DNA from: a virus | DNA: 64,000 bases | Virus record (IMG/VR): IMGVR_UViG_3300045051_000531 | Direction: 5' to 3' (one strand) | Position numbers and translations under genes: made by a program | Notes under the pieces: generated by a model | Told to the model about the DNA's origin: nothing | The model's input: only the letters and a program-made list of their open reading frames with translations | Databases searched by the model: none | Part shown: one piece after another, positions 1 to 6,508 of the stretch | How the letters are laid out: each line of letters starts with the position of its first letter | How positions within the stretch are numbered: position 1 is the stretch's first letter

Positions 1-8
1 AGTTCTAT

Positions 9-209
9 GTGTCCGATCTCGTCAAAACCGATTCGGGCTTATACACTATGACCCGGCACAAGTCGGCGGAGGAGGCCGTCGAGTTCATCGAGAAGCGCCT
101 GACGACCTCACCGAGCGGCTCCAAGCTGTACCTGCTGCAGAGCGTGGCGACGTTCACCGTCGAAGCCAAGATCAACCGCGAAGACATCGGGGCCGCAGAT
201 GGCGGCTGA
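9..209 (+). CDS. hypothetical protein (may be truncated at the window edge)
   Basis: ORF track; overlaps the next ORF in operon-like fashion. Confidence 0.5.
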   Translation: MSDLVKTDSGLYTMTRHKSAEEAVEFIEKRLTTSPSGSKLYLLQSVATFTVEAKINREDIGAADGG

Positions 210-420
210 TGTCCACAAACAGCTTGTCCACATCGCTACGACACACGGGATAAACCTCGCGAAAGTAGCCCGCGTGGCCAAGCTGCTCGGGCACACCGAC
301 GAACAGAAAATCGTGGAGTACATCCGACAAAGCGGGTTCGCTGTTGTCCGAAATGTGTCCGATGGTAAGGGCGGTTTTCGGCGTCAGACCGAGGAGGAGT
401 TCGCCGATAAGTTCAAGTAA
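199..420 (+). CDS. small hypothetical protein, possibly HTH-like
   Basis: 73-aa ORF with helical segment INLAKVARVAKLLGHTDEQKIVEYIR; stop lies 26 nt before array 1. Confidence 0.55.
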   Translation: MAADVHKQLVHIATTHGINLAKVARVAKLLGHTDEQKIVEYIRQSGFAVVRNVSDGKGGFRRQTEEEFADKFK

Positions 421-446
421 TTAGGTACTCCTATATCGCCGAACGG

Positions 447-530
447 GGTGTGGCGGGGCGGGGCGGGGCGAGGCGTGGCGGGGCGCGGCATGGCAGGGCA
501 GGGCAAGGCCAGCTCTTTACGAAGCGCTGG
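447..530 (+). ncRNA. GGY-NN pentamer array 1 with 3' hairpin (putative guide RNA, VIPR-like vrRNA)
   Basis: 12 in-phase pentamers at 447-506 (GGTGT, then 11 GGC-NN), then GG and hairpin ccagctctt-TACG-aagcgctgg (509-530, 8 of 9 bp paired). Confidence 0.8.
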
Positions 531-560
531 GGTTGACGAACTCATACGTACCACATCCGC

Positions 561-664
561 GGCATGGCAAGGCTAGGCCTGGCATGGCAGGGCGATGCGG
601 GGCGAGGCGTGGCAGGGCCTGGCATGGCAAGGCTTGGCGAGGGTTTCTTTTTACGAAAAGAAAC
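561..664 (+). ncRNA. GGY-NN pentamer array 2 with 3' hairpin (putative guide RNA, VIPR-like vrRNA)
   Basis: 16 in-phase pentamers at 561-640 (15 GGC-NN, one TGC-GG), then GG and perfect 9-bp hairpin gtttctttt-TACG-aaaagaaac (643-664). Confidence 0.85.
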
Positions 665-701
665 GGTCGGCGGACCAATACGCATAAGAATGAGAGGCTT
701 A

Positions 702-1151
702 ATGAACGGCTATGTGTACGTTCTGACTGACGGAACCGCGTTCAAAATTGGTTACACGAGTGATCGTCCGATTGTACGGCAATGGGGTTGCCAAGTCGGA
801 AACCCGATTCAGTTAACCTTGGTACTAACGATACAGAGCAATGAGCCTGACGTGCTGGAGCGTGAGTTGCATCGACGTTACTGGCATCGAAAGGCGTTAC
901 CACATAAACAAACCGGGGAATGGTTCAACCTGACCCCTGAGGATCTCAAGGAGATCCAGGAGAACTATCATGTCAAAAAACCTTACGATCCAATTTCACC
1001 TGGTGGGCACTCGCCCTTTGATGTTCGACCGGTACCCCGGGGACAACAAGACCAAGCTCCCGGACGACGAGAAGATGTACCTGGACGAGCATCGCCATTT
1101 GACGATCCCAACGATCAACCTGTTTTCGATGCTGGTGGCCGAAAATACTAA
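702..1151 (+). CDS. GIY-YIG superfamily (T5orf172/MUG113-like) nuclease
   Basis: Motifs GYVYVL, FKIGYT, LERELHRRY, GEWF. ATG at 702 follows GAGAGG. The track ORF's extension to 564 runs through the repeat array and is not credible. Confidence 0.75.
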   Translation: MNGYVYVLTDGTAFKIGYTSDRPIVRQWGCQVGNPIQLTLVLTIQSNEPDVLERELHRRYWHRKALPHKQTGEWFNLTPEDLKEIQENYHVKKPYDPISPGGHSPFDVRPVPRGQQDQAPGRREDVPGRASPFDDPNDQPVFDAGGRKY

Positions 1152-1596
1152 ATCAGTTTGCAAACTGTTTCTTGGTAAAAATGGCAGAGAGGTCGCATTA
1201 GGCATCACGACGTTCTGCACGATCGAGCCGTTCGAGATCCCGATATGCGACGAAAAGGGCCCCATCACGTTTGCCGATTTCAACGACAAGGTTCGCGTGG
1301 TGAAGCACGTCGCCAGGTTGAACAAGGGTGTTCCGAACCCGAAGTCACGCCCGCTGATCGAGCTCCCATGGAGTATTGCCGGTACGATCACGTACACCGA
1401 GAACCCCTACTGCCCGTACCAGACTTTGCGCGACTGTTTCATCAAAGGAGGTATCATCGGGCTCGGGACGTTCCGACAGCACTTCGGCAAGTTCAGACTC
1501 GCACGATTCGAAACCGTCGCTGAAAGCGAGAGCGGGTTCGACATCGAGAAACCCGTGGACGACACTGAAGAGGCTCCTGCGGTCAAAAAGACCTGA
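970..1596 (+). CDS. stand-alone Cas7/RAMP-like RNA-binding protein (Vipr-like)
   Basis: RAMP-type N-terminal strand TIQFHLVGTRPLMFDR, then TIPTINLFSML, and C-terminal Gly-rich loop GGIIGLGTFRQHFGKF; AGGAG RBS; next to the pentamer arrays. Confidence 0.75.
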   Translation: MSKNLTIQFHLVGTRPLMFDRYPGDNKTKLPDDEKMYLDEHRHLTIPTINLFSMLVAENTKSVCKLFLGKNGREVALGITTFCTIEPFEIPICDEKGPITFADFNDKVRVVKHVARLNKGVPNPKSRPLIELPWSIAGTITYTENPYCPYQTLRDCFIKGGIIGLGTFRQHFGKFRLARFETVAESESGFDIEKPVDDTEEAPAVKKT

Positions 1597-1604
1597 ACGC
1601 AGCC

Positions 1605-3716
1605 CTACTTCCGCGGCAGGACCTCGTCGGCGATGAACGCCTTGGTCACCGCCGGCCAGGCCTGCGCGGAGTGGAACAGCGCCATGCAGGCGAAGTTGAT
1701 GGCGTGCAGGATGTCGTCGCTGCGACGCGACATCCGCTTCACGAGTCGAGTCGGGGACCCCCTGGGGTTCTCGATGGCTTCCTCGTAGACGTTGAGGAGA
1801 TCCCTGAGGTGATCCTTGAGGTACCGCTCGGAGTCCGGGAGCCGAACCATGCCGCGTTTGATGAGCTCGAACAGGAGCAACAGGGAGCGCGGCTTGTCCA
1901 GGGTGTAACTCGACCTGGCACCAACGACGAGGGCCCGGTTGTAAAACACGATCGGCTTCGTGACCCCGAGGACGTTGTAGGTGAACGGGACGATCCTGGT
2001 CTCGGGCCAGCCGTGGGCCCGGATCTGACCTTCCTGGACGTTGCCTTGGCCGCCGTAGTCCAAGGCGATCCAGTTCGCCTTCGACATCGCACCGACACGG
2101 ACCGCCATCTCGGTCTCCTGGGACTGATCGATCTCGTAGGGCACCTTGTGGAGCCACTTGATGTCGATGGAGCCGTCGCCACGGAGCCCAGCCAGCGCCA
2201 TCGCGGTGTTCGAGATGAAGTCGTCGGTATCCGAAGCCTTCTCTTTACCGCGACCACCCCAGTCGATTCCCAGGGCGACCTGGATGTACTCCGACACCGG
2301 CATGTTCTCAGGTTCACACGGCTTCACCGTTGCTGCGGCGACGAGTTGATCCTGGGTGAGCAGCTTGGCACCGACGTCGAAGCTCTCCCCGAGGACCTCG
2401 TTGTAGTAGATGTATTGCGGTTTGTCCCGGCGGACATCCAGGATGATTTCCCAGTCCTTCGGGGACTCGTAGTGCATCGGCAGGATGACCTGGGGGACAT
2501 GGTACCCCGCGAAGCTTCGCTGCCGTTCCGGGTAGTCGTGGACATAGAACCCGGCTCGGCTGTTGGCCTGGCGGCCACACTTCGTGCAGATCAGGGTTCG
2601 ATGGGAGCCGTCATTCCGTTTCCCGTCGCCGACCATCTTGAGGAGATCGGCGTCGGTGCAGCACCGGTTCAGGTGACCGCAGATGCAGGGGATATGCCAG
2701 TGGGCCTGCGAGCTGTCCTCCCAGAACAGGTGGGCAGTGTTATCGAAGGTCTTCGGGGTCCCCGTGAGCCGGACCAGCTTGAACGGCGACGCCGCCAAGC
2801 TTTGCTCCACGATGGGGAGATCGGAGTGATCCATGTCCTGGACCTCATCGCAGTCCAGTTCGTCGGCTGGGGTACCACGCAGGCGGGTTGGATCGCCAGA
2901 GCTGTACCCGTAGTACAACGAGCTCCCGTCCCCGATGTTGCGCTGCAGCACGGAGTCCATGGTGAGCTCACCGATGATGTGCTCCTTGATGGGGCTCATC
3001 GCGATGAACGGTCTGACGTAGTTCTGGCTGAACTTCCTGACCTGCTCGTACAACGGCATCACGGTCAGGATGTTGTAGTTCGGCTGGATCCGGGCCCGCA
3101 AGATCTGGGCAGCAGCTTGGGAGGTCGACTTCGATACCTGGCGTCCACAGAGCAGGAGAAGCCGTCTACTGACTTCTCGGATCTTGAAGAACGGTTCAAA
3201 CATGAAGTGAGACCAATCCAGGCTGTACGGTTTCGACCGTAGCCTGAAGATCAGCGGGAGCAGTTTGACCAGGGAGTCCTGGCGACCCGCAACGAGGTCC
3301 CGCTTCAACTTGATCAGGGCGCCTTCCAGAGCAGCGAGCTGCTCCGGTGACACCTTGGTGACTTCACGCATCACTAGTTCGTAGCGACTCCACCCCTGTT
3401 TTGCAAGGATGGTGTCCGCGCGAACAATTTCACGGTACCTGCCGTGGAGCCCCAGGACACGTTCTGTCGGTCCCAGTCCTGGGGACCATTGGACCGATGA
3501 AGGTAACTCTTCATGCTCCGTCGCGCTCCTAAACGGACCCAGGAAACGAACCTGGATTCCGCCGCTCAGGGTCTGGTCTATCTCGGCCTCCTGATCCTCG
3601 TAATCGGTGTCCTCGGTAGCATCATCAAGTTCATCCTGGGGCTCGTAGTCCCCATGCTGATCATCGGTGGTGTCTCCGCGTTCATATTCTTCGTCGTTAT
3701 CCCGTGGCTGAACCAC
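1605..3716 (-). CDS. terL: phage terminase large subunit
   Basis: Walker A CGRQVSKST, Walker B ELDCDEVQD, CICG/CTKCG Zn ribbon, nuclease motifs ALGIDWGG and DDILHA; acidic N-terminus, start uncertain. Confidence 0.85.
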   Translation of the reverse strand: MVQPRDNDEEYERGDTTDDQHGDYEPQDELDDATEDTDYEDQEAEIDQTLSGGIQVRFLGPFRSATEHEELPSSVQWSPGLGPTERVLGLHGRYREIVRADTILAKQGWSRYELVMREVTKVSPEQLAALEGALIKLKRDLVAGRQDSLVKLLPLIFRLRSKPYSLDWSHFMFEPFFKIREVSRRLLLLCGRQVSKSTSQAAAQILRARIQPNYNILTVMPLYEQVRKFSQNYVRPFIAMSPIKEHIIGELTMDSVLQRNIGDGSSLYYGYSSGDPTRLRGTPADELDCDEVQDMDHSDLPIVEQSLAASPFKLVRLTGTPKTFDNTAHLFWEDSSQAHWHIPCICGHLNRCCTDADLLKMVGDGKRNDGSHRTLICTKCGRQANSRAGFYVHDYPERQRSFAGYHVPQVILPMHYESPKDWEIILDVRRDKPQYIYYNEVLGESFDVGAKLLTQDQLVAAATVKPCEPENMPVSEYIQVALGIDWGGRGKEKASDTDDFISNTAMALAGLRGDGSIDIKWLHKVPYEIDQSQETEMAVRVGAMSKANWIALDYGGQGNVQEGQIRAHGWPETRIVPFTYNVLGVTKPIVFYNRALVVGARSSYTLDKPRSLLLLFELIKRGMVRLPDSERYLKDHLRDLLNVYEEAIENPRGSPTRLVKRMSRRSDDILHAINFACMALFHSAQAWPAVTKAFIADEVLPRK

Positions 3717-3783
3717 AGGTACCGCTGACCGGACTAGACCCGGCGCTCACGACATAGAGGCTGCTGATGGTCCAACAACCTAG

Positions 3784-3806
3784 GCCCGCGGGTGACCCCC
3801 GCGGGC
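3784..3806 (+). promoter_or_regulatory. GC-rich stem-loop just upstream of the RBS of ORF 3825
   Basis: gcccgcggg-tgacc-cccgcgggc (9-bp stem), followed by TAGAAAGGA; lies in the divergent terL intergenic region. Confidence 0.5.
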
Positions 3807-3824
3807 TGCCTTTAGAAAGGATAC

Positions 3825-4625
3825 ATGGAACTGCGTGATGAGTTCGGGCTGTTCCGGTGGTACCAGGGTATCTTCTTTCCGCACACCCTGAACGACCCCA
3901 ATTTCGATTACCAACGGATGTATGGTCTGCTGACCAAGCTGCAGATCATGTTTAACTCATGGACCCCGAAACCGTGCCGCGGCATGAAGTTCATGACCCC
4001 CGGGCTTCGGGCCAACGACCTCAAGGGGCACCAGTACTGCGGGCACCCGCTATGCCCGACCTGCTGGCATCGCCGCCAGACCGAGCTGATCCAAGCCCTA
4101 GCTGAGATCCCTGAGGTCCCCTGGCTGTGCTTCCGGTCGACCTGGTTCGTGAAGTGGGACATCGATGTGCATCCCCGCTGCGTGACCCGGTTCAAGGGAG
4201 CCGGGAGCCGGTACAAGCTGCTGGCCTACACGCTGAACTGGGACGCCAGCGTGGCCTTCCTGGACGACGAAGACGCCAAGCACGACGAGTTCGGTGGCCA
4301 GCTCTCCTACCAGCTCCTCGGCCTGTTCTGGTCACACCGCGAGGTCCGGGATACCCAGGACACCGCCGGGCAGGTGAATGTCCGTTTAGACCCTACAACG
4401 GGGCACAGTGAAACCATCGGGATCGTCGACAAGGACTACGTCGCCAGGGACCAACTCCTGCCGACCTGGTGGGCCAAGCTTCGGCACCCCTGGCAGTACC
4501 GCGGGCACACCTTGTTCCGGGACTACATCGAGCGGTTCTACGACTACAAGCCAGCCGGGAAGTCGTGGACCCGGATACAGAGTCAGAACAAGGATGAGTC
4601 CAAACAGACAACCAAGGCTAAATGA
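3825..4625 (+). CDS. hypothetical protein with C-x3-LCPxC Zn motif (Rep/IS91-like N-terminus)
   Basis: YCGHPLCPTCWHRR; strong RBS AGAAAGGA. Confidence 0.55.
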   Translation: MELRDEFGLFRWYQGIFFPHTLNDPNFDYQRMYGLLTKLQIMFNSWTPKPCRGMKFMTPGLRANDLKGHQYCGHPLCPTCWHRRQTELIQALAEIPEVPWLCFRSTWFVKWDIDVHPRCVTRFKGAGSRYKLLAYTLNWDASVAFLDDEDAKHDEFGGQLSYQLLGLFWSHREVRDTQDTAGQVNVRLDPTTGHSETIGIVDKDYVARDQLLPTWWAKLRHPWQYRGHTLFRDYIERFYDYKPAGKSWTRIQSQNKDESKQTTKAK

Positions 4626-4772
4626 TCCTCTCGGTTTACACGAGAGTGGCTTACGCCTAGGTCTTTTTTCTCTTCGGTTATCGAGGTACCTACTATACCT
4701 AGATAAACTCATCCTCTCGGGTTACAGCAGAGAAAAGATACCTACGTAGTCTCTGTCGTAAACCGAGAGGAT
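4625..4772. repeat. three copies of the 22-bp motif ATCCTCTCGGKTTACnnnAGAG (two direct, one inverted)
   Basis: Copies at 4625-4646 (+), 4711-4732 (+) and 4751-4772 (-) in a relatively AT-rich intergenic region. Confidence 0.85.
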
Positions 4773-4855
4773 GTATCTCAGACCCCAGATACCTGGGATA
4801 TAGAGATACTTGAAACCCCAGCTCTATTCACCACATTCACCGTATAGGAGATCAC

Positions 4856-5374
4856 ATGAAAAAGTCTATTGGTCGTGTCCGGGTCCGCAAGAGTCCGGTA
4901 CCGTCGACCCCGCCGATCGTCGATCAGGAGACCCGCGAAGCCTTCGTGAAGGGCGCCGGTGTTCCTCGGCCCCATATGGACTCCGGAGTAGCCGCTGAGC
5001 TCGTCAGCCGGAACCGCGACATCCCGGTTCAGCGACAGGGCGGCTCCCCGATGGTCCCGTATCCGCGGGATGGGGTCCTGGCAGCCTCAGGGATGCCCAA
5101 GGTGACCCGATCGGGTCTCACCCTGCTCTCCGAGGCTTCAGCCAAGGAACTCGAGCCTACGGCCCCGGAAAGCGTCGCGGCGCAGTGCGACGGCCTCGCC
5201 AGGCTGGCGGACCGCGTGGTCCCCCGGTTGGCGGGTCTGAGGTCCTCGTTCGTCGTCGATCGTCTCGGCCCCTCGAAGCTGACGTTGACGGAGCACATGG
5301 CGGAGCTCGAAGAGCTCGCCGTGCAGGCCGTCCAGCTCAGGAACTGTCTCGCCATCTATGCCGCCGACCTCTGA
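4856..5374 (+). CDS. hypothetical protein
   Basis: ORF with RBS AGGAG; overlaps the mre11 start. Confidence 0.65.
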   Translation: MKKSIGRVRVRKSPVPSTPPIVDQETREAFVKGAGVPRPHMDSGVAAELVSRNRDIPVQRQGGSPMVPYPRDGVLAASGMPKVTRSGLTLLSEASAKELEPTAPESVAAQCDGLARLADRVVPRLAGLRSSFVVDRLGPSKLTLTEHMAELEELAVQAVQLRNCLAIYAADL

Positions 5375-6482
5375 CCCGGCGTTCATAGCTGCTGGCGACA
5401 TTCATCTGACCCCGTTGATCTGGCGACCCCAGGTCAACATCACCGGGGACGCCGAGCTCGCCTTCGCGGCGCTCATCGATGTCGCCATTGAGAACATGCT
5501 CCCGTTGGTCCTCGTTGGCGACATCTTCGACACCGTGGAGCCCGGTCCCCAGATGATCCGGTTCTTCCGGAAGCAGATGGACCGGCTCTACGATGAACGG
5601 GTCCATGTGTACGCCATCGATGGGAACCATGATAAACGGAGTCCTTCGTGGTCTTCCGCGGTACATGAATGGGTCCAGTATATTGGTGATGGTCACCAGG
5701 TCACCATCGGCGGGGTCAACTGCCGTGGTCTCGATTACGCGCTCAAAGATGACATCGTGGAGTCCCTGGCCAAGCTGACCCAGGACCCCGAGATCGGTAA
5801 GACCCAGGTCTTGTTCCTGCATCAGGCCGTCAAGCAGGCCCTGAAGTGGGAAGGGAAGTGGAACTGTGATCTGGACTGGGTTCCGAAGTCGATCCCGTTG
5901 GTGGTCATGGGGGACATCCATGTGGAATGGGATCACGATCTCGGGGCCGGGCGTCGAGCCCTGTACACCGGTGCCACGCATCTCCGTGACATCGGACAGC
6001 GCGGCCCGAAGAGCTGCGTCCTGGTGAACCGTGATCTGACGTGGTCCAGGCTGCCGTTGCCGTACCGGCTCGTGGAACGCTTCAACCTGAGCAAAGCGGA
6101 GGACGTCGATGCCGTGGAAACCTGGCTCAAGGAAGCAACAGCGACGGTGCCAGAACTGCCACCGGTCGCGTACTGCTTCCATGTCGGTGCCTGCAAGGCC
6201 CGGCTTGGCGAGTTACGACGGACGTACAACGCCTCAGCGTTTATCGTCATGGAAGCCGTCCAGACGCCGGAGGAGCTCACGCTGGACCAGGAGCTCCTCG
6301 CGGATCTCCCCGTGGAAGCCCGGCCGCAGGATCAGCTGATCACACCTGAGGAACTCCTCAAAGAGATCATCGATCCGGAACGTGAACCCGATGCGTTCCA
6401 GTTCACCTTGGATCTCCTGCAGTCCAAGCAGAGCGTGTTCGACATGATCAAGGAGCGTCGCGAGAAGTTCTTCGCGGCTTAG
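5358..6482 (+). CDS. sbcD: Mre11/SbcD-like DNA repair nuclease (metallophosphoesterase)
   Basis: Motifs GDIHL, GDIFD, DGNHDK, LFLHQ, GDIH, YTG. Confidence 0.9.
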   Translation: MPPTSDPAFIAAGDIHLTPLIWRPQVNITGDAELAFAALIDVAIENMLPLVLVGDIFDTVEPGPQMIRFFRKQMDRLYDERVHVYAIDGNHDKRSPSWSSAVHEWVQYIGDGHQVTIGGVNCRGLDYALKDDIVESLAKLTQDPEIGKTQVLFLHQAVKQALKWEGKWNCDLDWVPKSIPLVVMGDIHVEWDHDLGAGRRALYTGATHLRDIGQRGPKSCVLVNRDLTWSRLPLPYRLVERFNLSKAEDVDAVETWLKEATATVPELPPVAYCFHVGACKARLGELRRTYNASAFIVMEAVQTPEELTLDQELLADLPVEARPQDQLITPEELLKEIIDPEREPDAFQFTLDLLQSKQSVFDMIKERREKFFAA

Positions 6483-6508
6483 TCCACAAACATCTGAAGA
6501 GGGAGCAC

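Noticed and set aside
533-561. TTGACG between the arrays as a sigma70 -35 element
   Set aside because: There is no -10 hexamer at 16-18 nt spacing, and the implied start would fall inside array 2.
447-664. Pentamer arrays read as a CRISPR array or a simple microsatellite
   Set aside because: There are no 20-40-nt repeats with long spacers. The NN positions are highly variable while GGY stays in phase, and both arrays end in a conserved hairpin, unlike slippage-derived microsatellites.
533-730. ORFs spanning the arrays (533-730, and the 564-701 N-terminal extension MARLGLAWQG...)
   Set aside because: They are translation artefacts of the GGC-NN repeat; the nuclease domain begins at ATG 702 with its own RBS.
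1671-3242. Long + strand ORF opposite terL
   Set aside because: Antisense shadow ORF typical of high-GC coding sequence; no motifs.
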